A stretch of DNA of 64,000 nt, from contig CM052816.1 in NCBI GenBank assembly GCA_028534125.1, positions 67,458,001-67,522,000 of the forward strand, written 5' to 3'. The stretch comes from Lama glama. Lineage: Eukaryota. The position numbers and the translations under genes were made by a program. Shown here one piece after another: positions 36,956-50,272 of the stretch (position 1 is its first letter; every line of letters starts with the position of its first letter). The notes beneath the pieces are model-generated. The model did not search any database. It was not told where the DNA came from and saw only the letters and a program-made list of their open reading frames with translations.

Positions 36956-38099
36956 TGAGCTACTTTTCTAACCTGCCTTCCACTAGAAAAGGTTTCTGAT
37001 CCTCTTAAGCTCCACTCAATTTAACCATGATTATAAATTTAAATTTACCAAGCATTTTCTCCTTTTGATGATTTTTTCAATTGTGTGTAGAACTCATTTC
37101 TGGAGAATTGACCACTTACTTCATAATCAAAGTCGATGTGTGGGTTGACAAATATTCCTCCTGGCTCCAGTTATAGGGGGCCCAGTTTCCCTAATTGGCA
37201 CTTCCACATCTGTGTTTCTCCCTCTTTACTAGGAGGTATGGAGGAACACCATTAGCATGAGCACAACTATCAACAAAATTTTTAAATGTTCTCTTCAATA
37301 TGTGACATTTAAAACACAGCCTCTTCTTGTGACATCTATAATTTTAAAGCTACAGTAGGAATATAATGTATGTAAATTGTAGTAGATAAAGTGAAGAAAA
37401 CGTTTTGCAGTGTTTTTTAAAAAATTGTGATCTATTTCAACATATTGTTTCCCCTGTCATCGTTGGAAATGGAATACAAGGAACCCTAGAGATGTAATTT
37501 CCACCACCCCCTGCACCTTGTTAATGACTGGGTGAGATGAGAGAAACTTGAGTCAAGAGCTGGGCTACTTTTGCTACCTCCTGACTCTAGGTACAATAAA
37601 TATGTGGGACACTGCTTAGGAATAGTCTCTGTGATGGAATTTCCCTAGTATTATCCTCTTAGATTTCTAAGTTCATTTTTGGGGAGCACTCTCCACTTTG
37701 GGCTCTGAATACCCATTTTATGATAGGAAATCCATCATGTACTTTAGAAACTTCAGTGAATCAACAGCTTCCTAGTGCAACTGAGTGGCAGTCCCGCCAA
37801 ATCATTCTACTTAAGTGCATCAATGCCTCTTGTAATACTGAGTCTAATTGCCTAATGAGCATATAGGGTTACAGACTGGAGGTTAAATGTCATGATCAAA
37901 AGCCAATCAAAGTATATCAGATATGGAAGTAAAACTAAAGATTTCTCCTTTTGATACCTATTATTCAGCCTTTAATTTTCAGAATTAGAGTAATCATAGA
38001 TTACTTCAACTTCACTAAGACTAGAAGCTGTGTTCACACTAACCGCTGGCTTTTCTTAAAATTCATAGGAATTAATATAGTAATAGTTTATGTTATTAG

Positions 38100-40090
38100 G
38101 GTATCTTTGTATTTTCACTTTTTTCTTCCTATTTTAATTATGAAATTAATGCAAGTTTGTTATAAAATCAAACAATACAAAAGCCTGTAAATTAGAAGTA
38201 AAACCTTAATACACCTCCAGAGTTAAAACTTTTGTGAAGTTTGCTGTGATCCTTGCAGATGTCTTCCTCTGTATACATGTGTCATACACATGTATTTTTT
38301 AAAAATTGGTCTATACATACTGTTCTGCAATTTCTTTTTTCAACTTAGTAATATGTGGACATCCTTCTTAGTCAGTACATTTGGTGCTAACTTATTTTTA
38401 AGACTTGTGTAATAATCCATTGAAAGAATTTCTTATTTAACCAGTGCCTTATGGAAGAACATTTAGAGTATATCTAATTTCTCCTACTATAAACTGTATA
38501 GCAATGAATGTTTCTGAATTTAGCAAGTGTGTTTGGAGAGGAAGGAAAGGAAAGTGATAGAAAAATTATGGTAATATGGCAGTGGGTGACCTATTGAGCC
38601 GAGAATGGTAGTTTAAAAGGAAGATTTGGCAAAATAATATTATTTACTGGGTACTTACAATGAACCAGGTCCTAGTTAGATGTGATACACGCTGCCATTT
38701 TTCTTTAATAGTATTACTATTTTTACTTTAATAGACTCAGATTTATCTAGATTACACATAGTAGTGGAAAGATCATGGGCTTTGGAATCAGGCAGACCTG
38801 GTCTTAAATACTAGCTTAATTCAATTCTGATTTAACTGTACTAGGTACTGTTGCTATGCTATCTGTTGGAGATACAGAAATGACTGAGACACAATCTGTC
38901 CTCTAGATTCTTACAGCCTGAGGGATAAAATTGACATAATAACTATTTTGTTCACTGCTGTATCCTCCAGTGCCTAGAACAGTGCCTAACAATAGTAACC
39001 ACTCAATATTTGTCAGGTGAGTGGATTTCAAGACTTTGTGCCAAGTGCTATGTTGGAGGCATGCACAGAGGGCTGTGAGGTAGCTTTCCAAGAAGAAGGC
39101 TTTTAAAAAGCTGAGTCTGATGAGTTGAACAGAATTCCAGGAGGGGAGGGCCTTCCAGTTAGAAGCTGCATCACGGCCAGAGGTGCAAGGATGAAAATAA
39201 GCTAGAGCAAGGCATTTCCAAATATGCAAAAGAAGCAACTGCCATCACATAGACTGCTGAGAACCAAGAGGGAGGGCCGGAGAACAACACAGAGACCACA
39301 TCCCATGGGCCTTGACCTAGGGAGATTAGGCTTTTATACTGAAGGCTTTGGAGAGTCTTTATCTTAAGCAAGAAAGAGACATGTTTGGATTTATACTTTA
39401 CAAAGAGCCTCCTTGTGATCCTCTGGAGAAGAGATTAGGAAAATGAAACTCCAGGAAGACAAAAGCTAAAATGCTATTGCAGTAATCCAGGTGAAAGATG
39501 ATGCCCTGAAACTGCCCTGGCCATCTTTCAGTTTCACCTGTACACCGTAGTAATTCTCCATGATTCTTTTAACTCCCCGTGGTTGTGTGAAGGATCATCA
39601 CACAAACAGTTCCTTTTGGCAGGAACACGTTTATCTCCTACTTTCTGCCACCAATTCTTACAAGCTTTCAAATTTCGGCCTAAATGTCACTTCCTTAGGC
39701 AGTCTTCCCTGATCCCCTAGTTCCTCCATATTCTCCCTTATAGCAGTGATCATAATTATAAATTGAACAGTTATTTTTATGGCTATTTGTTTCATATATG
39801 CCTCACTCACTGAACTCTAGATTTCATGAGGAACTGAGTGAGTGAATAGGTGAATGGACAGGGAAAGATATGAACAGATTCAAGAGTGGATACAGAGAAT
39901 GTTATGTTTAAATGTTTGTGAAAATAAGGCAAGAAAAAACTGGTTTCTAATTTGGTCACCTGTGTTGATGCTGGTGGCATTCCCTGAGTTAGGAAATCAA
40001 GGCAGAGAAACAAATTAGGTGGAAGATGGAAATTGCAGAATCAATTTGGGACATGAAGTGAGTATGAATTTCATAACATAAATTCAAGTG
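38100..40090. mobile_element. Mixed ancient L1ME, MIR and L2 fragments
   Basis: L2 3' end ttgttcactgctgtatcctccagtgcctagaacagtgcct, MIR head atgggctttggaatcaggcagacctgg, and antisense L1ME motifs. Confidence 0.65.
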
Positions 40091-41829
40091 GGCAAGAAAT
40101 AAAACTCAGCTAAGTTTCCATAATAAGCCCTAAAATCCCAGTGTTAATTTCAGTCATTTCCAGCACTGACTCCAGTGATAACTAAGGCTACTGATTGTCT
40201 CAGTCATAGCTATGCTTCTTCACTGTTGGAGTTAACTCTACATCTATTTTATTTGTGTCTTTTTATCCATTTTTCTTCTTGCTTTTTCTTTCTAATTCTC
40301 TTTCCAAGCCATAAAGTCTTTAAAGCAAAGTTCGTCACAGCTGTTTGACATCTCTATCAAGATTCCAACAAAAGTAAATGTGCTTATAAATTAGAGCATG
40401 AGTGATTATGATTGGAAATAAAGAGATGATTTCTGATAGGAATTTAGTAAATATTGGAATGGATATGAGAGTAGTTTGAGGAATTGCCATTTTTAAAGTT
40501 ATCAAACTTGAAAGATGTTTCAAATAGAGACCTTTAAAAAAAATATTGGGAGAGGGGCCTGACCAGTACTTGTTTCACTTGAAAACAGAATGTCAGTTTC
40601 TTGAAGGAACCCACTCTGTGAGCCCCACCTCATTAGCCATGCCCCTCCCCACCCCTCAGTTCCAAGTGTGGATCTGGGGCCTTGACCTGACTAATTGGAA
40701 TACTATCTCAATGGTCTCAGTGTTGATTTGGAGCACCTGACTCAAGCTAGATCCATCAGAATCTTCTCTGAGACATTTCTACAGATGCTGTCAGAAAAGC
40801 ACTCTCTTTCTATTGGGGTTACTAGAACCCAGAGAGAGTGTAAATTTGGAATTTCCAGTGGAAAAACTCTGGAATTTCCATCCTGCCAACCAACTCTCAA
40901 GGCAGTCATAATGAGAGCCCTAACATCCTTTAGTCCTTGGATTGAGTCCTTCCTGAAGCAATGACCATCTCTGGACTTCACAGTAAGGCAAGCAAATAAA
41001 TTTCCTATATTACTTTACTAGTTTGTGCTACTTTTATGTCACTTTCAGTCTAAGGAGTAGCTATGAATTCAGGGTCTTTGTCCTTAGGCTGACTGATACT
41101 ATGCAATGTTTTCTTTCATTCGTGATAGCCAAAGTCAATTGTGGAAGAGCTTCAGTTTCTGGTAAAGGAACTGATCATCTGAAACAACCAATAGGGTAAA
41201 TGTAACAGTTCTGGTGTTTTCCTCTCTTTTTGTGTCAACACTGTGGCTGGCCCAAAGAAGAATCACAGTCACTTATTCTATCTATAAATAAGTTTCCCTT
41301 TAAAGCAGGATTTCTTTTGTGGAAAATAAATTGAAAAGGAAGCAATTTATTCTATCCAATTTTTCTCTATCATCCAGGGCAGAAGCTCTTTTCACTTCAT
41401 CGGAATGAAAAGGGAATCTCTGAAAGACTCTGGAAGTCTCCCTACAGTTAGCATTCTTTTCTACTGCAAAGAATGAATTCAGCCAAACTTCTAGAAGTAA
41501 AATAAATAGGTGAAGGAGGGCAATCGCTTTGAGGCAAAAAGTTAGTGACTCAAAGAGTGAGAGAAAAGAAGAATTGGAATAAGAAAATAAAATTGGTAAG
41601 AGAGAAAGAAAACAAACAGAAAGATAACCTTATTTAAAATTTTCTTTATTCTTTGCTTTAACTTGCATGCAGAAAATTTGCCAATGGCATATTCATTCAT
41701 TCATTTAAAAAAAAAGTCATATAAAGCCTACTCTGACCTAGGCACAGGGCTAAATGCTGAGGATGCAAGAAGGAATAAGATACCCATGGCTCCATATATA
41801 TTTATAAAAGTCAAAATTTGATTGTAGGC

Positions 41830-42705
41830 ACGGTTGAGGAGAGGACAGAAATAGGTGAGGGAAATTAAGAGATACAAACTTCCAGTTACAAAATAAGTCG
41901 TGAGTAAGAAAAGTACAGTGTGGAAAGTATAGTCAGTAATTATGTAATGTCTATGTATGTTAATAGATGGTAACTAGGTTTACCGTAGTGATTTTTTTTA
42001 CGTATTTTACATAATGTATATATAACATATATTACATAAAATATACATTGTATACTAATATAATCTAGTATCATACCTGATTATGTGATCTATATATATA
42101 TAGATTATATGTATATGATTATATATAATAGATTATATGTATATGTGTCTTTATATATAACTTTGTACCCAAAAAGGCAGTATTACACATACTTTCAAGC
42201 ATATTTTGAACATCACTGAAAATCATCAAATATTAGGCCATAAGGAAATTTTCAACAAATTATTAAAAAACTGAAATCCCAGTCTTAGTTTGTTTGGGTC
42301 ATTATAACAAAATACCATGGACTGCGTGGCTTATAAACAACAGAAATTCATTTCTTAAGTCCTAGAGACTGAGAAGTCCAAGATCAAGTCACCAGCAGAT
42401 TCAGTGTCTTGTGAGAGCCTGCTTCCTGGTTCACTGTGTCCTTACATGTTGGAAGGGCCATGGTGATCATTTTGAAATGTATAGAAATATAGAATCACCA
42501 TGTTGTGTACCAGGAGTTGTATTTCAAAAACAAACAGACTTATAGAAAAAGATCAGATTTGTGGTTACCAGGGGTGGGAGGTGGGAGAGGTAGGGGGAGG
42601 GGGAATTGGATGAAGGTAGTCAAAAGGTAAAAACTTATAGTTATAAGATAAGTAAGTCCTAGGAATGTAATGTACAACATGATAAATATAATTAACACTG
42701 CTGTA
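41830..42705 (+). mobile_element. L1MA9-like 3' end interrupted by a composite insert (about 41993-42457)
   Basis: L1 3' UTR runs to 41992 and resumes at 42458. The insert holds TA-rich DNA, an L1 endonuclease-region fragment and an MLT1-like start. Confidence 0.7.
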
Positions 42706-43054
42706 TTGTCATCGATACCAGCCTATGAGAGCTAAAGGATCCTTACCTTATCCCTGTGCTTGTTTCCAAAGCACCTGGTATTTGACATAGATATTTTGCA
42801 GCTGTGCTTTAAGAGCTATGCCATGGTCAACTGCTCTGAACCAGCCAGCTCTGACTTGACCACGGGAATGTGCCTGAGCAGAGGAGACCTGTAGGTGTCT
42901 GAGAGTTACCTTTGCTTCATTACCATGCTAACATTCCCACCCAAGAGGGGCAAGAATTTGTAATCTGCTTGGCACAATTTGTGCCATGTGCAAAGAATGA
43001 CCCAAGATGACCACCTGGAAGAGTGTGGTGACTTCAGCAGAGAGATGGGTCACT

Positions 43055-43601
43055 GGAAATCCCTGAAACTACCAAAGAAAAGCAAAATTGGACACTAAAT
43101 TTGTAAGGACAAATTTTAATCAGTACTATCCTAATGCAATAGGGAAGAGTCCAGTGTGAACTGAACTCAGCTTTGAGTTTGTACAAAGGTGCATTGACTG
43201 GGCATTTTAAAGGGAGAATGAGGGAATAGGGAGAGGGGAGAGCAAGGGGCTTAGTGGAGTTAGGGAAATGAAAAATTATAAAGAACTGGAAGGGTGGGTT
43301 GGTTCCTGTGAAACCCATCTGTATTTGTTAACTGGCCCTTATCAGTTAGATGTCTACCCTTCCGCAGAAACTGGGAGACAGGGCTTTATCTTCAGGTGTT
43401 GGCTGGAACAGTTAATTCTTTGGCAGCACTGAGTTTTCTAGGGAGGCACTTTAAGGGGCCGAGGCTCATCCTAGAGATATGGCCTTGAGCTCTTAGAAAC
43501 TATGTATTTGTTCAAGTCTTTATAGGCCAAGGTTGAGGCCTACTTGAGAGAGAGTTCAGAGGTGCCTGGCTAGAGTGTGGTCAAGGAGAGAATCCTTGTC
43601 A
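43055..43601 (-). mobile_element. ERV1 solo LTR (MER31/MER67-like)
   Basis: Ends ggtcaaggagagaatccttgtca (TGACAAGG on minus); gcaatagggaagagtccagtgtgaactgaactc motif. Confidence 0.65.
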
Positions 43602-44393
43602 AAACCAGGGGTCAAGGGAGGATGGCACATGGCCAGCTAGAGGAGCCAGCTGGAGCCTACAAATCAGGTTTTTAACGTGTCTCAAAGTGGGAAGGATTTA
43701 CTAAGTATCTAGAAAAGCATTCTGTGGGAGAGAATCAGCATTTGGAATCTGTCCAATCCAGAGGGCAACAACACCAGATTAGAACTATGAGACCTTCCTG
43801 CCCCTTGTCCCTGTTTCTTCTCCCCAACACCCCTCTCAAAAAAACAAGGGGCAATGCAACCTTGACATCAAGGATAAGAGAAGTAGAAGGTAGTGAAGAA
43901 ACTAACTATACTCCTCCCCCCATCAAAGGTTTAAAACCTGAAAAGATTAGAGCTTGAGGAAGGAGAGAACTTGAATAGGTGAGAGCTTGAAATATAGATC
44001 ATTGGACTGCACTAGCCTTTTTATTATCTGAAATTGACAGTAAAAATACTCTGGAACATACCCAAGATTTTGTCCTAAGACAAGCAAGAACCATTCTAGA
44101 GAGAGGGTTTAAATACACAAGACTGCAAAGGAATAAAGTTGTTTTCTGTTTATACCCTAACAAGTCTAGCTTATTTATTAAACTATGTACACGCCCTCCA
44201 AATTCCCCTTAAGAAAGACTCTATTTGCATATATTAAAGCATAGGGTGCCTGTGTAAATGTTTATGATTATATGTAGACTTAAATGAAGTCTCCTGGTTT
44301 TCATGATGTTCTGAAAGGGTCTATTGATCCCAAAGTGAAAAGATCTTACACTTGGGCAGTAGGTCTCAGCTCTACATACCTACACCCTCCTCC

Positions 44394-44591
44394 TTTTTTT
44401 TTTTTTTAAGAATTAGGAAAGAACAGCTTTATTGCTTTGCCTGGCAAAGGGGAGTCACAGCAGGCTAACGCCTTAGGGCCTGAATCCATCTTGGGGTTGG
44501 GGTCCTGAGGTTTTATAGAAAAACTGTATGGAACAGAAAGGTGACAATAATCAGGGTATTTTCTGGGGTGCTGTATTCTTCTTAATCTTTT
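44394..44591 (-). mobile_element. Polyadenylated LTR (U3-R) fragment
   Basis: T14 at 44394-44407, minus-strand AATAAA at 44428-44433, minus-strand TATAAAA near 44511-44517; flanked by tcctcc(c)tttt. Confidence 0.55.
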
Positions 44592-44732
44592 TCCTCCCTT
44601 TTAAAAATAATAAATATTTTGTGTTGCACCTTTGATAAACTGGAAGTAATTTATAATGAAGCATGGTTCAATGTGTAAATGCTTAGTCAGAGTTTCAATG
44701 GAATGCATAAAGAAATAGTCATATATCTGTAC

Positions 44733-45116
44733 TGATAAAAAATAAAACAACAGGCCCAAAATGGAATCACTGATGCCAAGGCCCACCTTGCCAAACCAAG
44801 ACTTACTTATGGTTTCTGCTTTCCCAGAAGTGGAATCTTAAACCAGTCAGTCAGGAATCACCTGATCAGCACTAGTTAGGTAATCTGCCTCGTAGACCAC
44901 TGCCATCCACAGAAGGAAAGTAACCTTGCAACAATAAACAACTTTTTTGCCTTTTATAATTTCCTGGTTCCCATACCCTTCTGCTGCTAAAAGTCTTTCA
45001 CGTTGTCCAGCTTCTCAGAGCTCCTTTCTGTCTGCTAGATTGGACGCTGCCTAGTTCTTACCAATTTTTGCTCAAACTCTTAAAACTTTTAATATGCTTC
45101 AGTTTATCTCTTAACT
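44733..45116 (+). mobile_element. ERV1 solo LTR
   Basis: TGATAAAA...caggcccaaaatggaatcact start; 4-bp flanks gtac/gttc. Confidence 0.7.
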
Positions 45117-45419
45117 GTTCCCATATGTATTATTATTGACTGCAAAAGGTACAAGTGCAGAGGAAAACAAGTGTATTATATTGATTTAAATGACATTAGG
45201 TGACATATTACTACTGGTATTATTTAGAAAGTTCTGAATGTTTCTTGGTAAAGTTCTCCATAAAAAGAGGTACATTTTCCCTTCAGTTTATTCATTAGTT
45301 TCATTCTTAGAAAATTCAATGTACATTAAAGCCAAGGAAGAAATATTTAGTGTTTATCTTTTAAAGGAAGTTACATTGATTAAATCTATCTTTACTAAAC
45401 GCTTTATTATTTTTTTCTT

Positions 45420-45600
45420 CTTTTTTTTGTTTTTTGGTTTTTTAAAGTGAAATATAGTCAGTTTACAATGTGTCGATTTCTGGTGTACAGCATAGTGTCT
45501 CACTCATACATATACATACATATATTCCTTTTCATATTTTTTATGAGAAGTTACAAGATATTAAATACAGTTCTCTGTGCTATACAGAAGAAACTTTTTG
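45420..45600 (-). mobile_element. Short lineage-specific L1 3' end
   Basis: T tail followed by tatagtcagtttacaatgtgtc; same family as 16488-16783. Confidence 0.85.
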
Positions 45601-46408
45601 TTAAATACTATCTTTGTAACAATCAAAAAAAATACCCTCAGAAATTTCCAGCTCACCCTCAGGGAATGATCCTGCCCTGGGGTATTGTTGCCCTGGGAGG
45701 TCTGTGAAGGTTATCCTCTCCTCCCTCAGGCCTTCTCAGTTCCTGCCTACCCCTCCCTCCTACCTTTCTAGCTTAAGGGGAATTCCTGGACTAAAGAGAG
45801 ACTTCTTTGTAGTATTTTTTTCCCTTAGAAATGCTAATGAATTGAGGAGATTGCTAGATCTGATTGTCTAATAAAGCCAAATCTTGACTGTATTTTAAAT
45901 GCTCTTAAACTCCCCAAGTCTCGCAGGTTCTTAACCATTCCTTTGTAGTGATTTTATTTTCAGAGGATTCTCTATATTTTCTATAGGGACTCTCCAGTAG
46001 AAAAATCCCAGAAACATGCTGAGTGACCCTATTACAAATTTACAAGTTTCCAATTTCAGTTCTCGGTCTATGTCTTTTCTCAGGTCAGCTTCTCCTGTTT
46101 CTCTCAGAATGATCCCCAACCCTTACTTCTTTCTTGAAGCCTTCTAACCCGTCTATTACTCTAGCTGAAAAACTCAGTTCTTACCTCAGTGAGGTAAAGT
46201 TACATGATCCTTCCATTTTCTTGCTTCTCTCACTTTCCGAAAGTCTGTACAGCAGCGTGCATCCTGGCACCTCATCATGGAGGAAAATAACAGAGACCCA
46301 AGATGGAGTGCTGAATGGAAGTTTTTACTGCCGGGCAAGAGGATCCCTTATCAGGACAGTGTTGCTGTGAGCTAGCACTGAGTGGGGCTGGAGGGCAGGC
46401 ATCCTCTG

Positions 46409-46510
46409 TGTTTTTTGTTTGTCTGTTTAATGCAGATACTGGGGATTGAACCCATGACCCTCTTGCATGCTAAGCGTGCGCTCTGCCACTGAGCTATTAC
46501 CCTCTTTCCT
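46409..46510 (-). mobile_element. tRNA-derived SINE
   Basis: Reverse A and B boxes; TSD catcctctg at 46400-46408 and 46511-46519. Confidence 0.88.
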
Positions 46511-47649
46511 CATCCTCTGCATTTTGGGGGTTTCTGTTGCAGAAGCAAAATTTCCAGCTGCCTTTGCTTCAAGCTACGTGGCCAAACCACGATTCGAAAC
46601 CCCCTTCCTTCTGGTGAAAACGCCATGCTTTTGCCTCCATCTAGAAAGAACCAGGAGTATAATTTTGGTCACCCGAGAGGTCCACTTGGGTCAGAGGAGG
46701 TAGACAAACCTGCAGAAATTTCCGTAGAGATAACTTTATTACTCATAAATTGGGTGAAGTAAATTTGCAAAAAGCATTTTGCTACTTACAGACCCAAAAG
46801 AAAAGTAAAATTGTTTTATGAGAGTGGATATTTTCTGAAGTAAATGGCTCTGCTAATTAGAATGTCAAAGTTCTGAAACATGTTCATATAGAATTAAAAG
46901 TGTTGTATAAATTGTTACCATTGTGTTGTAATACTCTGATTGCCTTAAAATTTTACCCTTCTGCATCTGTGTCAAGTACCCCTGTATAGCTCCTGATTTA
47001 TTCTGAAGGATCTGATATCATTTATTTTCAAGTGCAGTACTTTCCTCTGCTTGCAGGTGGCACCTCTTTAATCTTCATAAAACCCTTAGATGGTTAACCC
47101 ATTTTCCCTTCACTAAGAAATGGATAAGCAACCTCTAGGTGGTCAAATTATGAGTAAGTTATTTTACTATTCTGTATTTTCCAGGTTTTAAGTAATAAAT
47201 ATGTATTTTTTTCTTTTTTGAAAGATGTTAAGTACAGAAAAGTGCAAAGAAAAACATAACTAATACCTGTGTTCCCATAATCCAGAGCTCATTTATAACA
47301 TTTATCATTAACAAAGTAATACTAAATTAGTAGCAGTTACGGAATGGAGGCATGAGATGATGTGCTTACCTGACAGCTTCAAATCCACTGGGTGGGCTTT
47401 CAGCGTGAGCTCCAGCCCTATAACCTTGGCGCTGCTGACTTTTTTCCTCATTTTTTTCTAATTATAAACAAAATAAAACATTATCTTGTATTACATTATG
47501 TAAAGAGGCAGACTGATAGTGAAATCTGAAGACAGAAGTGTACTAAATGTATAAAAAGTAAAACAGTATTTTCTCAAGCCCAGATACTCCAGAGAGTAAA
47601 ATCACCAGTAAGGAATAATTTTAAAAGATGATGAAGATGCCTTTTTCCT

Positions 47650-47885
47650 GAAAATAATGGTATACAGCTTACTATGTGCTAGATATTGTTCGAGTGCTCA
47701 TTTAACCTCGACAACAATGTGGTAGGGTTATCATTGTCATTATTGTCCTATTTTATGGATGAAGAAACTGAGGTATAGAAGGTATAAATGGCTTGCCTAT
47801 AGTCACACGACTGGTAGATAGTGGAACTGGGAATATTAACCAAGAGAATCTAATTCCAGGGTCTATATGCTTAACCTCTATTCTC
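47650..47885 (-). mobile_element. MIR
   Basis: cctattttatggatgaagaaactgaggtatagaagg core. Confidence 0.8.
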
Positions 47886-47964
47886 TACAGACCTCTCATA
47901 GGTGAAAATGTTAGAATCCCAGTCCTAAATCATGTCCACCTTTCTCCCAGTATAACCCAAGGAA

Positions 47965-48950
47965 TGTACCAGTTATCTACTGACTCATTAAAAACCATGC
48001 CAAAACTCAGTGGTTATAAGCAACGACAGTCCTCTATTTGGCTCACAAGTCTGTAGTTTGAGTAGGGTTCAACAAAGGCTCATCTCTGCTCCATGCAGTG
48101 CCAACTAGAACAGGTCATCTAGAAGCTAAAAGATTCACTTCCAAGATGGCTCATCCTAATGGCTGGTTGGTTGGTGCTGACTGATGCTAAGATTCAGCTA
48201 GGGATGACAAATGGGGGACATGGTTCCTTTCCACGTATGCCTCTCCACAAGCTGCTTCAACTTTCTTATAGCATAATGGATGGGTTTGTGAATGAAAAAT
48301 ACTGCAAACCATATCAGTAAACAAAGAATGCTGAAACCATCAAGTCATCAGCGGCTGCCTGCCGCTGCCCCGCCAGAAGCCAAGCCTGCAGCCCAGCTTC
48401 TGCAGCCATTCACAATGGTGCACTCTGAGGGGAACTCAGAATAATAAAGGGCAAGATACTGGCCCTAGATAGCTAGATGCTTGTCAAAGGAATGAATTCA
48501 ATGAGCCCAAATGTTTGCTTCCTCCCATATGTAGAAAAGCACTAAATTCTTTAATTGAGATGCCTGGTTTTCTTTAGATAACAATCTTTTATTGTTCCAG
48601 CTACCTGGTATTTGTTGTAAAGCTCCTATATATCCTAGCTTCTCCCCTGCCTCTTCAGGGCAGTCCCTCAGAGCCATCTGAGAGGCTATCATCCTGGCTC
48701 GAGTTCTCTCGCCAAATAAAACATAACTCTCAACTTTTAGGCCGCACATTTATTTCAGTTGACAGGTTCCAAGGGCCAGCATCTCAAAGAGAAAGGAAGT
48801 GGAGTCTGCCAGGGGCTGGAAACTGTTATAGCATCATCTCTGCCATATCCCGTTGGTTGAGCAACCCAGAGCCCAGATTCAGGGGTGGGGACGTGAACCA
48901 TACCTCTCAATAGGAAAAGTGCCTAAGCATTTGGGACCATGTTTTAAAAC
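47965..48950 (-). mobile_element. MLT1-like MaLR LTR split by a younger LTR
   Basis: ccaaaactcagtggttataagcaac...ttccaagatggctca; the element resumes after 48764. Confidence 0.7.
48287..48764 (+). mobile_element. Intact ERV1 solo LTR (478 bp)
   Basis: TG...CA ends, perfect 4-bp TSD ggtt, TATATA near 48627, AATAAA near 48715, retained CpGs. Confidence 0.88.
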
Positions 48951-49955
48951 CTCCTCAGTACCTATTAGAGTTCATCTCCAGGTTTGTATAGCTGGGATCC
49001 CTCAGCTTTTGTTGACCCTTTGGCTCCCAGTTAAATGAGCTGATCTCGGACTCTGTTGTTGCCTCCATACTAAAGTTATTCCTCTCATCCACACCCTGGA
49101 GACCTCATAAGCAGCATCCCACTCTGGGAAGGAAAAAGATCCACCAGCCCCATGCTCCACCAGTATTGACAGTGGTGTTAGAGCTCAAGCCTTAGACCGT
49201 GCCTCCTGCCACTCACAACAGTCCTCTTGTAGACTTCTCTGAAGTGTTCTGTTAGTTTCTCACAATATCCGGTCAACGCCATCATCTTAGAAGATGACAC
49301 AGGAAGAAAGAACACACAATACTACTCTCAAAATCAAACTGTTCTCTGACTATTACCAGTCTTCCCCACCCCTGCTTGTGTTCTCTAACCCTCTTGCGTC
49401 AGGATGAATTCCTCCTGCAGTTGAGGCACTGAGTCTGTGAGGTTAAGAGGGGCCCCTAGGTGCCACCCCACCCCATCTCCCCATTTTTCTCATTGTTGCC
49501 ATCTTTACCCAATACACATCTTGTTTGAGAGCCTCAGCTCCAGGCAACACAGACTACATAATTTGAGAGGCCCAGTGCAAAAAGAAATGGTGGGACCCCT
49601 TGATCAAAAAGCAAAAATAAGTGCCCTTCAATGTGCCAAAATATAAAGATTTTCTTTTCTTCAGTCTCTCCTGACTCATCATGGTGTTTTATTGTTGTAA
49701 ATAAAGAAAAATTAAAATAAATTATTGGCATGAATTTTACCATTCATTTATGTAGATGCAATGTTAGTTTTAAATGCAAATATAAGAGCATTTACTTGCA
49801 TGCAGAATCACCAAAATTTCACAATTCATATTTCATGGTCTGTATTTGCATATGTTTTTTTTTCTTACCAGACAGTGAAACACTGAACAAAACTAACTCA
49901 ACTGTTTTTATTTTACTTCTTTTTTTAAAAATATGTAATTAAAATCCAGATTCTT

Positions 49956-50059
49956 GTGCTCGCCTCGGCAGCACATATACTGAAACTGGAATAATATAGA
50001 GATTAGCGTGGCCCTTGCACAAGGATGATGCACAAATTCGTGAAACATTCCATATTTTT
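49956..50059 (+). pseudogene. RNU6: U6 snRNA retropseudogene (full length)
   Basis: GTGCTCGCCTCGGCAGCACATATACT...TTCCATATTTTT; ACAGAGA box mutated; A-rich tail to about 50101; TSD ccagattctt at 49946-49955 and 50106-50115. Confidence 0.95.
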
Positions 50060-50142
50060 AAATGAAAAATAAAAAATTAATTAATTAATTAAAAAAAAAA
50101 ACCCACCAGATTCTTTTATTCATTTCCAAACAGAAATTAGAG

Positions 50143-50272
50143 GTGGGTAGGGTATAGCTCAAGTGGTAGAGTGTATGTTTAGCATACACAAGGTCCTGGG
50201 TTCAATCCCCAGTACCTCCTCTAAAAATAAGTAAGTAAACCTAATTACCGCCCAGTCCACCGCCAAAATTAA
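50143..50272 (+). mobile_element. tRNA-derived SINE (Vic-1-like)
   Basis: A and B boxes; TSD agaaattagag at 50132-50142 and 50273-50283. Confidence 0.92.

Noticed and set aside
49956..50059. Functional U6 gene
   Set aside because: Mutated ACAGAGA box, many substitutions, poly(A) tail and TSD; upstream DNA is transposon sequence with no evident PSE.
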